Below, in pieces: positions 39,231-50,715 of a DNA stretch of 64,000 nucleotides. Position 1 is the stretch's first letter, and each line of letters opens with the position of its first letter. The DNA comes from a virus (Duplodnaviria; Heunggongvirae; Uroviricota; Caudoviricetes). The translations under genes and the position numbers were made by a program. The notes below the pieces were generated by a model. That model had not been told where the DNA came from and did not search any database. It saw only the letters and a program-made list of their open reading frames with translations. The stretch lies in the IMG/VR virus record IMGVR_UViG_3300032030_000013, one strand, 5' to 3'.

Positions 39231-42200
39231 TTATGCCAAGAATTTATTTAATAGCTTAAACATTATCAAACTGTCTGTAGATGTTGATTTCAAATCAATA
39301 CTATTAACCAATGAGTTATCTGTTATTGTTACACCATTATTTGTTAAACTTGCACAGTCAGATATGTTTATTAAACTTGGTTTACCTAGACTTATTGTAG
39401 TTAATGCAGGATTATTTTTACAAATAAGACCAGCATTACAGTTTCCACTTAAGTCTAATTCTTGTATTGTTGAGCTATTCTCAATAAGTAGATCCATACT
39501 TGTTGCAGGACAGTCCTTTAATATCAGTTTATTTAATGATCTTAACTTTTTCATATTAAAGTATTGTTTTCCTTGTGTAGCAAAATCTTCAAAGTTATAT
39601 GTTAATCCTGTAAAGTCAAGTATCTGTATGTTAGGCATATAATTGAATATGCTTTCATTTTTACCAGATGCGATAAATGACTGTGCATCATTTGCCATAT
39701 CTATTGTGTTTCCTTGGTCATCTTTAAAATCTAATGTTCCGTTTAATACTGATAGGTCTGACTTATATAATGATGTTATAGGACTATAGTATTCTGTATT
39801 ATATTCCTTAAGCTTTCTTAATATAGGTGCGAATGCTTTAGAGCTTTGCGACAATATGAAGTTAGAATCATCATATAATATGATATTGCATGCATATGTA
39901 TGAGTGCCGATACTTGGAGAATTATATTTGACACTTCCATATAATGTAAAGTATTTCATATCTTCACAAGTGGTATTGAATAATGTTATGTCATCACATG
40001 TCTTAAACTTAATACTATTACGAACACCAGTCAATATGCCATTAACTACCTTCTTAGTACGATTGATATAACTATCGGCTGTTGTCAATACTTTAATTAA
40101 TTCTCCATCTGCTACTTCATTAGTAGTTACATAATATTCAGTTGAATCATTAACTGATAATTCATTTCCTGTCCATCCTGTTGATGCAGTTTCTCTGATA
40201 GGTAATGAGTTATTGATTGCCCCAATTCTGAAACTTACACTATGTATTGTAGCATCAAATTCTGTAGTAGTATCTAACTTAAATTCTTGTTGCATTCCAC
40301 CTTTAGGAATGATGAATATGTCTCTAAGCTGACCATTTACCATAGCATTATTTCCGAACATATTACGAGCAGTTACTTCGTCACATATGAATCGTCTAAC
40401 ATCACGACCGTTTACAGGTTCAAACTTAAAGTCACGAGCAGTTATTGTAGGATCTATATATACAATTACTGATGAATTAATTGATTGATCACCTATTTTT
40501 GTTGCAGTAATAGTAATAGTATATCTTTCAGGTTTTGTTGTTTGATCTAATATAAGATTTCTTGTAAATCCATCAGGAGCATTTTCGAATGTGTTTCCTT
40601 CAGCTCCATTGATTGTCCATACATAATTTTCAACACTTTCAGAAGAAAGTAAGAATGATGTACATTTAAATTTAATCAATGATCCTTCATTAGCAACGAT
40701 TATAGATTCACCGGTTGTTGTATCTGTTTCTATATGTATGTTTCCTGATACTGAAATCTGAGCATAGTTACTTTCTTGGTCAATAACTAAGTTAGAGTTA
40801 ATATTACTTAAAGTAAATACATTTTCACCAAATAAGTTAGATAATTCAGTTAATTGCGCAGGTTTCATATTCTCACCTTCAATTTTAACATATCCTTTTA
40901 ATGATGAATTTGTACCCCAGTTTACGCCAATTCCATTTTCATCAGGCATTCCGTTTAGGTATCCTAATCTTACTACATCTTTATATGTTATTGGTCTATA
41001 GTCAGGATCATTAAATGACTTATTATAGTTCCATCTAATATTATCTAATGATGCGGTGCAATTATTACCAATATATTCAAGTACTTTACGTTCTAATGCA
41101 TCTCCAGATAATTCAGGATTGTCTTGACTAACATAATATTCAATAGAATTAAACCAATCTAATACAAATTCTAATGTACATACATTATTAGCAGTAGATC
41201 CTTTGAATGTCAATGATTTAAATTCTTTAGGAATTCTATTCATCTTTTTAAATGTAGCTACAGTAGGATTTTCTATATATATGATATCTCCATTCTCATC
41301 TCTCTGTACTTCCCCATTAATTTCATAAGGAACTCTTTCAGTACCTGATGAGTTATATGATGTTTCCCAGAATGTTATGTTTTTCCATGATGTATTAGTA
41401 ACATTAATACTAATAACGCCAGGTGTTGTTTTTACAGTAGATCCAGTATTTTCTAAAGTTCTTCCTGGCAAATGGACGTTTTCATATACGTTTCCTAATG
41501 CAGAAGAAGTCAATGTTGTAAATCCAGTACCTATAGCATATATGTTCTTTAGTTTTGCTCTATTAGATTTTATTATATCACCATCCTTAAGGCCAAGTTG
41601 TCCTGTTATATTATATGTTATAATGTTTTCTAATGCATCTGGTGCTCCTTCAGAATCATCTTCAGAAGTTGTAGATGAAGAGTTTGTTATACTTGGAGCT
41701 ACCTTATGAATCCATCCAGTGAATTGCGTTCTACTTGGACTTTCTAAGTCTTCAGGCAATCTACTACCTATACTTAATTCTTTAATAGTTGCTCCTAATA
41801 CTGGGTCAACTGCATTTTGGAATGATAATACTTGTAATCCTTGTCCAAATACATCCAAGTCAATCTTCTCCATGAATAATGCACCAAATAAGTGTGATGG
41901 GTCTTTTGTAGAGAATGACCAGTTTGTAGCATCCCATCTTGCAGGAGAAGATTTGGTAGCTCTATATAATCCTCTATTTAATGTAGTATCCATCTGTGTC
42001 AATTTAAAATATGATTCAGATGTAGGCACAACTGTTATGATAGCTTCAGTTCCTTGAGGTTTATCAACAGCCATATATATTCTTGATGAATTAAACTGTC
42101 CACAAGTCCATTTAGAATCATAATAGTTCATTGATGTAGATATCCACCAGTGACGGTGTGAAGTACGAGATCCTTGTAACCAGTTAAGCCATGTAGCATC

Positions 42201-45200
42201 CTGAGCTTTTTCTACGTACTTATACATACCAGATTCATTATATACTAATTCTGCCCATTTATTAGCAAAATTGTTATCAAACATTTCTGTTATCTTATCG
42301 TATGTCAATCCACCTTCATATAATGCTTGTGCAGTTTCAGGAACAATTACATCTCTCCAATAATCCCATTTTTCTAAGCAATCCCATAGAACATTAGAAG
42401 TAGTTTTTGATCTTCCTGAATATGCATATGTCTGTGATGTAGCATCAAGCATTGTTGTACGGTCCATAGGAGGATCAAATGCAAGACCACCAGTATTCTT
42501 ATTACCTAATGCGATATCCATATCCCATGGCTCTAAGAACCAGTGTAATCCATCATATGTTTTATATTGAGCATTACGTTCTACAGAGTCAACAAGACCA
42601 AATCTTATGTAGAATATATAATAAGCAGCTAACTTATAAAGATCTAAGTGGTCATGTGCTTCAGATTTAAATTTATTTAATGCTGCTGTAGAAACATTGC
42701 CATTTATAATTGGGTTTCCTTGTGAATCTTTATTAAGCTGTCCTATTGAACAGATCCATCTCAAGAAATCTATCCATGGTTGTGCTTTCTTAATGAACTT
42801 AGATGTTCCTTCTGGCCATTTATAATTTGGATCTGCTGCTTGTTCTGGAGTCTTATGAACACCACTAAATTTATTTAAATTCTCAGCAGCATCATCTTCA
42901 GAAATATCATCTTCATCAGGGAATATCATTTCAAAATAGTCTTCCCAGTAATAGTTCAATGGTTTCTTATTACCATTTTCATCAAGTATGAATTCTCCAG
43001 TTGAAGGATCTGTTTCATATTTAATATCTGAAGCGGCATGATCATTTGTAAATGTTTGATCATCTTCAGTATTACCGTCTTTATCAATAACAATGTCATT
43101 AGGTACATTAAAATCCATGAATGATGTTAATGGAGTGTTAATAAGTACGCATTCAATTCTTAATACACGTTTATTATCCCAAACACAGAATTCATCTTGG
43201 TCATATCCTTTTTTAGTCTTACCATTTATAATTACTGGAGTATCTGCACCTTCTGTTGTCATACAGAATGGATCATTACCATCACCCCAAAGATAAATAG
43301 AACGTTCGCCAAATATATGATCTGATTTCTTATCATCCATTAATACGAATTGTCCTAAGAACTTTTTAGTAGGTATTGCTGAAGATGTATCAGTATAGAA
43401 TACAACAGCAGGACGTGAATCAGGAGCATTACGTAACTTATATGGGAATGCTGTTAGTTGTGCATTTCCAGTTTCAGCTATACGTAAGTCACCCCATGTA
43501 TGATTTTTTGCGCTTACTCCATTTATTTCTACATCAGTATTTCCATATCCATCAGTCCATACAGATGATCCAACTTCATTTAATAGTGTATCATTATGAA
43601 TAACTGTTTGGTTAGATGTAAATAACTGTGGAGAAGTTCTTAATTTATATTCTATTACACCATTTGATTTCTTAAATGGGGCATTATACCATGTTTCATT
43701 AATTAATCTAAGTAATCCTCCATTATGAACACCAGATGAGTCAGCATAGTTTGCTTGTAAAACATATTTATTAGAAGGAATTGAACCTATGTTAATAGGA
43801 TATCTATTCTTAACTAACCTTAAGTTTTTAACACCATCTTTAAATTCAACTTGTGGATTATTTTCACCCTTTGATTTGTTAAGCCAGAATTTAAATGAAG
43901 CAATAGGATAGTTCAATGTTGACTGACCATGTTTTCTCATTTTAACTGCGGTAGCATTGAATCCTAAATACTGACCATCTGAAGGCGTTGTATATAAAAT
44001 GTTAACTGGAGTTTCAGAATCTTCTTTATTAACACCAGGAGTCAATATATTATTAATGTTACCTGATATTAAGAATGTATCTATTTTTGATACGCATCTA
44101 TCATAATCAATTTCAGATGATCCAGAACCTTTTGTAATTGAGTTTCTAATAATGATTGATGATTTATTAGGAGCATCAAATAAGAAGTTTGTAAATGCAT
44201 CATAAACTGGCATATTTCTCCACCAAACTCTTATATTATATAAAGATATTTGAGAGTTTGTTCCACCAATTCTAATCCATCCATTTGCATTACTTATTGT
44301 TTGGTCACTTAAGTTAGCACCACGTTCAAGTACACCATTATTAACAATATAAACGTTTTTAGCATCTTTAATGGCAGTATTAGGCATAAATATGAATGTT
44401 AACTGAATACGTTCATTAGATTTATAGTTTGTCTTAATGACTTCAGTTGCACCTGAATACATAACCGCCTTTGTAGGATAAATATATATCGCAGGATTTG
44501 TACGAGTAGACCCTTCATAAGTTCTACTTGTTTCTCCGTTAGCACCTATTATAATCAATGGATCTTCATCGTTATTAACTGAACCTGACATAAAGTCAAT
44601 TTCTATTGTACGTCCATATTCACTTAATAAATATTGATTTCCACTTGGAAATGCATTAAAGTTAATTGTTCCAAAACATGTTTCTGAATTGAATGTCAAA
44701 CTATTATTTGACCATCCATTTGCAGAATCCCAAGGAATTGACGGAGAAAAATTCATTTGTGGAATATTTGCAGTATTCAATATTGTACCTGTTGGCATCC
44801 ATCTAGTTCTTGATGTTTCAGATTCACTGTTTGTACGGCCATAAGCATTTAATTTAAATACATATCCAGCCCATTCATTAAATTCAAATTCAAATGATGA
44901 TCTTTCAATAATAATTTGTCTATCGAATGCTTTATATCTACGTGGTTCTCCAGATTCAGAATCTTTAATATTACTTAATACAGTACCAACCAAATGCCAG
45001 TTTTCTGATTCTAGATAAGGTTGATCTGGAACAAATCTTAATGGCTCTGCAACCTGGTTTCTAATACCTGATAACGTAGCCAAATATGTTCTAGAATCTT
45101 CAATAACTTCGCCAGTTTCAGTATCATATTGACATAACTCCCATTCAACACTAATAGATGCATCAGTACCACCATTTGTGAAATATGCCCAGTCTAATAT

Positions 45201-46337
45201 AAACTCTTCATATTGAATACCAGTCAAATAAATTCCTTCCATACCATTTGATGTCTGTAAAGAACCAGCAGGTATAGATAGTTTAATGATTATAAAGTGG
45301 TTATTTAATTCTTCTTGTTCATCAGATTGAGTTATAAATTCATAAAGTAATGAATTAGAATCAAAGTTAATACTATTATCTGTTGTTGACATATTACCTT
45401 TGATTAATAGATAATGCTTAGGATGCATACTTTCTTCTGTACCAGATTGTGGCCAAACACATTCTCTAATAATATCGTTAGGAATTGTTAATGAAGTAGC
45501 AACACGTAATCCTTCAATATTTTTTGTTATTGTTCCTTTAGGATTAGAATAATCATCTATGTAATATGAAATTGTCTGTGAAACAGGAGTTGAAATACTT
45601 CTATTAACTATCATATTAATAGGAAGGTTAGAACCAATAGAAATTGGATCAAACCAATTAGATGTAGCATATTCTGCTGATATATTATAACTAATAATAT
45701 TAATAGGAATTTGTGGGTTAATTTTTTCTGCAGATATATCACCAGTTAATCTTATAGATAATGTTAATGTATTTGAACCTGTTTGCAAATAATCAAAACA
45801 GTCAAATAACTGTACGTCTGTTGTACTAGTACTATCATAAGTACGAACATCTTCGTATGTAACTTGATTATTAGGTCCTACAAGTTTAAATTTAACTTCA
45901 TAACTTGAGTTAAGTCCACTAGTTTTATCATCAATATATACTTTAAACTTAATCATTTGACGAGCACTACCACTTAAAATATTCATTGTTTTAAGTACTT
46001 CATCATTTTCCCCTACACAAATAATCTTATGAGGTGCAGGGATATCAAATTCAAGTAATACTAAATCTTTATATTTTTGAGCTATGGCATTTTCATTACC
46101 ACCCGCTTCTTCTACTGCTTTAAAATATCTAATCTTAGATTCTTCACTTGAGAACAATAGTTTTCTATTATTATCAATATCTTCGTGAACATAAAATGGC
46201 TTACGTAAATGACTCTGTAATAATTCACGAATTGATCCACCACTAATTGTGTCAACTATTGTTTTTCTATTAGTTATTATATCTCTATTAGATATCCAAT
46301 CAATAAATTCATTTAAACTTCCTGTATAAAGACCCAT
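39231..46337 (-). CDS. giant virion-associated protein (2368 aa; putative central fibre/adhesin or baseplate-associated)
   Basis: Single uninterrupted ORF, S/T/N/G-rich and beta-rich composition, located in the structural module upstream of the fibre genes. No catalytic motif recognised. Confidence 0.6.
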   Translation of the reverse strand: MGLYTGSLNEFIDWISNRDIITNRKTIVDTISGGSIRELLQSHLRKPFYVHEDIDNNRKLLFSSEESKIRYFKAVEEAGGNENAIAQKYKDLVLLEFDIPAPHKIICVGENDEVLKTMNILSGSARQMIKFKVYIDDKTSGLNSSYEVKFKLVGPNNQVTYEDVRTYDSTSTTDVQLFDCFDYLQTGSNTLTLSIRLTGDISAEKINPQIPINIISYNISAEYATSNWFDPISIGSNLPINMIVNRSISTPVSQTISYYIDDYSNPKGTITKNIEGLRVATSLTIPNDIIRECVWPQSGTEESMHPKHYLLIKGNMSTTDNSINFDSNSLLYEFITQSDEQEELNNHFIIIKLSIPAGSLQTSNGMEGIYLTGIQYEEFILDWAYFTNGGTDASISVEWELCQYDTETGEVIEDSRTYLATLSGIRNQVAEPLRFVPDQPYLESENWHLVGTVLSNIKDSESGEPRRYKAFDRQIIIERSSFEFEFNEWAGYVFKLNAYGRTNSESETSRTRWMPTGTILNTANIPQMNFSPSIPWDSANGWSNNSLTFNSETCFGTINFNAFPSGNQYLLSEYGRTIEIDFMSGSVNNDEDPLIIIGANGETSRTYEGSTRTNPAIYIYPTKAVMYSGATEVIKTNYKSNERIQLTFIFMPNTAIKDAKNVYIVNNGVLERGANLSDQTISNANGWIRIGGTNSQISLYNIRVWWRNMPVYDAFTNFLFDAPNKSSIIIRNSITKGSGSSEIDYDRCVSKIDTFLISGNINNILTPGVNKEDSETPVNILYTTPSDGQYLGFNATAVKMRKHGQSTLNYPIASFKFWLNKSKGENNPQVEFKDGVKNLRLVKNRYPINIGSIPSNKYVLQANYADSSGVHNGGLLRLINETWYNAPFKKSNGVIEYKLRTSPQLFTSNQTVIHNDTLLNEVGSSVWTDGYGNTDVEINGVSAKNHTWGDLRIAETGNAQLTAFPYKLRNAPDSRPAVVFYTDTSSAIPTKKFLGQFVLMDDKKSDHIFGERSIYLWGDGNDPFCMTTEGADTPVIINGKTKKGYDQDEFCVWDNKRVLRIECVLINTPLTSFMDFNVPNDIVIDKDGNTEDDQTFTNDHAASDIKYETDPSTGEFILDENGNKKPLNYYWEDYFEMIFPDEDDISEDDAAENLNKFSGVHKTPEQAADPNYKWPEGTSKFIKKAQPWIDFLRWICSIGQLNKDSQGNPIINGNVSTAALNKFKSEAHDHLDLYKLAAYYIFYIRFGLVDSVERNAQYKTYDGLHWFLEPWDMDIALGNKNTGGLAFDPPMDRTTMLDATSQTYAYSGRSKTTSNVLWDCLEKWDYWRDVIVPETAQALYEGGLTYDKITEMFDNNFANKWAELVYNESGMYKYVEKAQDATWLNWLQGSRTSHRHWWISTSMNYYDSKWTCGQFNSSRIYMAVDKPQGTEAIITVVPTSESYFKLTQMDTTLNRGLYRATKSSPARWDATNWSFSTKDPSHLFGALFMEKIDLDVFGQGLQVLSFQNAVDPVLGATIKELSIGSRLPEDLESPSRTQFTGWIHKVAPSITNSSSTTSEDDSEGAPDALENIITYNITGQLGLKDGDIIKSNRAKLKNIYAIGTGFTTLTSSALGNVYENVHLPGRTLENTGSTVKTTPGVISINVTNTSWKNITFWETSYNSSGTERVPYEINGEVQRDENGDIIYIENPTVATFKKMNRIPKEFKSLTFKGSTANNVCTLEFVLDWFNSIEYYVSQDNPELSGDALERKVLEYIGNNCTASLDNIRWNYNKSFNDPDYRPITYKDVVRLGYLNGMPDENGIGVNWGTNSSLKGYVKIEGENMKPAQLTELSNLFGENVFTLSNINSNLVIDQESNYAQISVSGNIHIETDTTTGESIIVANEGSLIKFKCTSFLLSSESVENYVWTINGAEGNTFENAPDGFTRNLILDQTTKPERYTITITATKIGDQSINSSVIVYIDPTITARDFKFEPVNGRDVRRFICDEVTARNMFGNNAMVNGQLRDIFIIPKGGMQQEFKLDTTTEFDATIHSVSFRIGAINNSLPIRETASTGWTGNELSVNDSTEYYVTTNEVADGELIKVLTTADSYINRTKKVVNGILTGVRNSIKFKTCDDITLFNTTCEDMKYFTLYGSVKYNSPSIGTHTYACNIILYDDSNFILSQSSKAFAPILRKLKEYNTEYYSPITSLYKSDLSVLNGTLDFKDDQGNTIDMANDAQSFIASGKNESIFNYMPNIQILDFTGLTYNFEDFATQGKQYFNMKKLRSLNKLILKDCPATSMDLLIENSSTIQELDLSGNCNAGLICKNNPALTTISLGKPSLINISDCASLTNNGVTITDNSLVNSIDLKSTSTDSLIMFKLLNKFLA

Positions 46338-46369
46338 ATATCTTATTTATTTAATTTATTTCTTATATT

Positions 46370-46558
46370 TTAATCTTTCCATATAGCATCATCAAGCCAT
46401 GGTAATGTATCTATCCATGTACCACCGCTAAAACATGCTAGTGCACCACTACCACCCCAGATCATTTCACCTTTATGATAAACTGCACTAATATTTTCTA
46501 AAATTTCATTCTTATAAATTTTTATAAGACCAATATTATCTCCATTAATTACTATCAT
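46370..46558 (-). CDS. hypothetical small protein
   Basis: 62 aa between two large structural genes. Confidence 0.35.
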   Translation of the reverse strand: MIVINGDNIGLIKIYKNEILENISAVYHKGEMIWGGSGALACFSGGTWIDTLPWLDDAIWKD

Positions 46559-46561
46559 TGT

Positions 46562-48937
46562 TTAAAAATCAACTACATTTTTAGATTCATCTGTTGGATC
46601 AACTTCATTAAGTATTCTTGGAGAACCAGTTAATGGAATAGGATTTTGAATAGTATCATTTGATTTAATAATTTCATTATAATATAATCTTTTTGCACTA
46701 CCCATATTAATTGTAGAAACAGAACACATTGATCCAGTTATACATACACCAACTAATTCTAAAGTTGTAAATCCAATAATACCTCTTGTAGCTTTACCAT
46801 TTCTTCCATATATATCAGCAAAACCACTATTTTTCTTATCAGTATCAGATAAACCATTTGCTATTTCTGGCATAAATACTTTACAATTATTCTTAACATA
46901 ACATATACCATCAAATGTAGTATATTTTATTTGATCTGTTGGATTTAATCTATTATGTTCTTCAACAAATTCTTTTGTGTAATATTGTTCAATATTGCTC
47001 TTTAATGATATATTTGCATCAGGTCCAATAACAACTGCATTACCTTTTATACCACGTTGACCACATTTTGTTATAATTATGTTTCCTTTAGAATCAGTAA
47101 TTTTAGTTTCACCACCATCTAATCCATCAGCTTTTAACGATGATATATACAAATATGAGTTATTCTTAAGTTCAATTTCTAAGTTATTTTCAGATTTTAC
47201 ACAATCACTTTCAAAATTAATGGCATCAATTCCTGTAGATGTATAATTATTTCTAATAACATTTATAGAATCTTGAACTGCCATTATTTTTATATTTGAT
47301 CCTTCTGAAGAATAATAAACAGATGGTACATTACCACCATTACTTAAATCTGGATTATTATATGTATCTATAAATGCATTATTTAAATATAATGTTACAT
47401 TATCTCCATTTTGATTACCATAGCCATCAAATTGTATTGGTTTATTAATATATCCTGTTGCTAAAATATATTTTCCTTTATTTCCTTTAGTATTAGAAAT
47501 TATATAAGTATCTGTAGCTTCATCTAATTCTATTGGAGTTCCTGTTGTATTTTCATCATAATCAAAATCTGGTTGACCTGGTAATAATTGAATAGATCCA
47601 GTTATATTTCCAAATATTGATTTATAATTTTGTTCAGATAATAAATACATATTATTACAGCTTTGTAATTGTGCTGATGTTAATAAATCTTCTGAGAAAT
47701 ATAATCCTTTGTTTTTACTATCTATAATATTTTGTTTTAAATTACTTGTATATAATATGCCATCATAGAATAATACTCTACCAGAATTGCTAGTACCAAT
47801 TGCATCATTACACCCATTCATGCTATATACACCGCCAATTATATGTATATCTCTACCATGTATACCATCATGTGGTGAATTGATCCAAATATGAGGACCA
47901 CCTAAATTAAGAACATCAGCACGAATACCATGACCTGATTTGGTCTTAATTGATAAATAACCTGCGCCTTGAATGTTAAGATTATTCATTGAATATATTG
48001 CACCAGGTTGATCATCTGTATTTTCTGCAGTTAATGTGCAATATATATAGTTTTCAACATTAGGTGATAATGTTATCTTAAGTGATTTCTGAGCTTTTGC
48101 ATTTTCAGGTATCTTATATAAAATTGCATTATCTGTATCTGATAATATACGTACATTATTTAATATAAGTTCAGTATCATTATTAACTTTAGATAATGAT
48201 GATGTGTCAATTTCAATTGATCCAATTAATGTTCCTTCTAATGTATAAGACTTTTGTGGCGCTAATGATATCTTACCATCTGTTGTGTATATAGTTTCTT
48301 GTATATCTCCATTTTCATCAACATAAGAAACATTTAAGTTTGTACTAATATCTTCAAATGGATCTGTAGGTACAGGAGTTGGCGGTGGTGTTGGAACTCC
48401 ATCATCAATAACCATATATAAAGCATCTTCTTCATATTCTTCTAATGCTTCATATTCTTCTTGTGTTAATATAATATGCTTATAAGTCTCTTTAGGACCT
48501 ATTTGATTAACAATTTCTTCAACACGTTCATTAAATTCTGTTGTTGATATTTTTTCATTAATTGATTGCTGTAATCTACGATCTGCATTATCAACATTTT
48601 CTGCTAATGTACCTAAAGATTCTTCAACTTCACTTGTATGATCCGATAAATTATTTAAACCAGTTTCTAATTCTTGTGTTTTTCTTACTAATTGTTTTGA
48701 TGTTTCATTAATATTACCAATAGTACTTAAGAACATTGCTGTTGAAATAATGTCATCATCCAATCCAGGAACTTCAGCGTTATTCCAATCAATATCAATT
48801 GCATTTATAATTAATTGGGGATTTTTGATATTTCCATTTTCATACTTATATGGTGCTTTATTTATTTTTTGGCCACCAGTGTTCAAACCAGCGGTAACAT
48901 TTTTAAATAAGACACCATTAGATTCATAATTAGGCAT
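46562..48937 (-). CDS. putative tail fibre/spike protein with N-terminal coiled coil, Pro/Thr linker (PTPPPTPVPTDP) and beta-rich C-terminal domain
   Basis: 791 aa. Domain organisation inferred from composition only. Confidence 0.5.
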   Translation of the reverse strand: MPNYESNGVLFKNVTAGLNTGGQKINKAPYKYENGNIKNPQLIINAIDIDWNNAEVPGLDDDIISTAMFLSTIGNINETSKQLVRKTQELETGLNNLSDHTSEVEESLGTLAENVDNADRRLQQSINEKISTTEFNERVEEIVNQIGPKETYKHIILTQEEYEALEEYEEDALYMVIDDGVPTPPPTPVPTDPFEDISTNLNVSYVDENGDIQETIYTTDGKISLAPQKSYTLEGTLIGSIEIDTSSLSKVNNDTELILNNVRILSDTDNAILYKIPENAKAQKSLKITLSPNVENYIYCTLTAENTDDQPGAIYSMNNLNIQGAGYLSIKTKSGHGIRADVLNLGGPHIWINSPHDGIHGRDIHIIGGVYSMNGCNDAIGTSNSGRVLFYDGILYTSNLKQNIIDSKNKGLYFSEDLLTSAQLQSCNNMYLLSEQNYKSIFGNITGSIQLLPGQPDFDYDENTTGTPIELDEATDTYIISNTKGNKGKYILATGYINKPIQFDGYGNQNGDNVTLYLNNAFIDTYNNPDLSNGGNVPSVYYSSEGSNIKIMAVQDSINVIRNNYTSTGIDAINFESDCVKSENNLEIELKNNSYLYISSLKADGLDGGETKITDSKGNIIITKCGQRGIKGNAVVIGPDANISLKSNIEQYYTKEFVEEHNRLNPTDQIKYTTFDGICYVKNNCKVFMPEIANGLSDTDKKNSGFADIYGRNGKATRGIIGFTTLELVGVCITGSMCSVSTINMGSAKRLYYNEIIKSNDTIQNPIPLTGSPRILNEVDPTDESKNVVDF

Positions 48938-48984
48938 TATCTACATATCAAATATATTTTCTTATATTTAAAAATAATATTAAA

Positions 48985-49629
48985 TTAATTGGTTTGATTT
49001 ATGATTTCTGTACTTTGATTTTCGGATTCTTCCTTAGATTGTATCTTCATTCCAGTTAAAGAATTTGTAATTTCCTTAATAAAGTCACGTGAACCGCGAA
49101 CAACCATAGAGCCATCTTCTGATGTTTCTTTTTCTTTTTCCTGGAATGTCTTATCGCAATTATCTTGCATTTCTTTAAAGATGTTTTCAAGATTTGCCGT
49201 TAATGAATTTAATTGTGATTGCATCTGTAACATTGAATTTTGTAAGGAAGTTAATGAAGAATATAAAGTACCTTTAGCCATATTGCCTGCTATAGACATA
49301 ATCAAAGTATCTTGTGCCTTTTCATTAACTGATAACATTTTCAAAAGACGTCTGATGTTATCAATTTCTTGTGTTATCTTTGAAGTAACATAAGGGTGAT
49401 TATCAATATATCTTTGATCAAAATAATAAGCTGCCAATTTGTTAATTATTAATGTGGCACGTTCTAAAGTCTTTTTATCTAATTCGTCCATATCAATAAT
49501 TAACATAGGAGTCTGTAATGCTTCATCTGTATCTGCTAAATCTGGAGCATTACTTTTTATAAATAAATTTTCTAAAGCATCCCCTTTATCTTGAGGATCT
49601 TCTGTTCCAAATTTGCCTTCGTAATTCAT
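48985..49629 (-). CDS. hypothetical coiled-coil protein
   Basis: 214 aa, heptad-like composition. Confidence 0.45.
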   Translation of the reverse strand: MNYEGKFGTEDPQDKGDALENLFIKSNAPDLADTDEALQTPMLIIDMDELDKKTLERATLIINKLAAYYFDQRYIDNHPYVTSKITQEIDNIRRLLKMLSVNEKAQDTLIMSIAGNMAKGTLYSSLTSLQNSMLQMQSQLNSLTANLENIFKEMQDNCDKTFQEKEKETSEDGSMVVRGSRDFIKEITNSLTGMKIQSKEESENQSTEIINQTN

Positions 49630-49684
49630 ATTTTATATCATTTATACTTTATTTATTATAAATAAAAATAAAAATATAAATTTA

Positions 49685-49719
49685 TATAACAACAAAAGGT
49701 TGCCAATATTGGCAACCTT
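49685..49719 (-). terminator. rho-independent terminator (AGGTTGCCA-atat-TGGCAACCT plus T-rich run on minus strand)
   Basis: 3' of 49750..50610. Confidence 0.5.
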
Positions 49720-49749
49720 ATATATGAATATTTTATTAATAATTTTAAG

Positions 49750-50610
49750 TTAACAATTTTTAAGCATACCAATTAATTTATCCTGTTGTTTTTTAGATAA
49801 TTCATTCCATGCAGAAAGACAATCATCATAAGTCATATCATCACTCCATGACCAATTATGTGGAATAACATCATCATATGTCTCATCTTCTATATGAGCA
49901 GAACATAAGAACCAATATTTTCCACTCATAAACACATCATTTACACTGTTTATTAATTTAGGAATTACAGGATATAATTCATAATCTAATAAATCATCAT
50001 GATATATACCAAAATATGTATTTGCATTTTTATCATTTAATGCATTTTGAACATCATCTTTAATATCTTTAAAATCTACTGGAGTTTTTTCAAATGGTTT
50101 CATCAACTTAGAATACTTATCATATATTTTATCACTGTCTTCATCATATCCTTGTTGAATCTTTTCCATTTCATCATCTTTTATACATATACGATATTCC
50201 CCATATTTAACATAACTATTATCAATAACATAATCTATGTTATTTTTTTCTAAATAATCTGTAATTTTATTAATTGTTTCATCATCAGTATTATTTATAT
50301 GTATATTAAAATTATATTCTTCATGTTTTTGTTTTTTAGAATCATAATAATTTACATAACCTGCACTACAACCAAAGAAATCATGTTCATTATTTATATC
50401 ACCATTAATTTTTATATTTTTAACTTCTTTTGATAATGGTTTAATATATTTATTATTAAGTAATGTTAATAATTTTTTATAATATTTATTTTCCCATGCC
50501 CAGTGTTCTTTATCTCTTTTAAAAGCAAGATCACCTAATTTACCATCAGCATAACTATTACGTTCGTGTGGGAATTTTGATTCAAATATAAAATCTATAA
50601 TATTTTTCAT
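49750..50610 (-). CDS. hypothetical protein, tag family (MKNIIDFIFE)
   Basis: 286 aa. Confidence 0.5.
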   Translation of the reverse strand: MKNIIDFIFESKFPHERNSYADGKLGDLAFKRDKEHWAWENKYYKKLLTLLNNKYIKPLSKEVKNIKINGDINNEHDFFGCSAGYVNYYDSKKQKHEEYNFNIHINNTDDETINKITDYLEKNNIDYVIDNSYVKYGEYRICIKDDEMEKIQQGYDEDSDKIYDKYSKLMKPFEKTPVDFKDIKDDVQNALNDKNANTYFGIYHDDLLDYELYPVIPKLINSVNDVFMSGKYWFLCSAHIEDETYDDVIPHNWSWSDDMTYDDCLSAWNELSKKQQDKLIGMLKNC

Positions 50611-50654
50611 CTTTATATATTATTTAATATTTTTAATATCATTATATATAAAAA

Positions 50655-50688
50655 TAATAAAAAAAGGATACTATTAAATAGTATCCTT
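50655..50688 (-). terminator. rho-independent terminator (GGATACTATT-taa-AATAGTATCC plus T7 on minus strand)
   Basis: 3' of the SPFH gene. Confidence 0.55.
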
Positions 50689-50715
50689 TCTTTATATAGT
50701 TAACGCTTTAACTAT

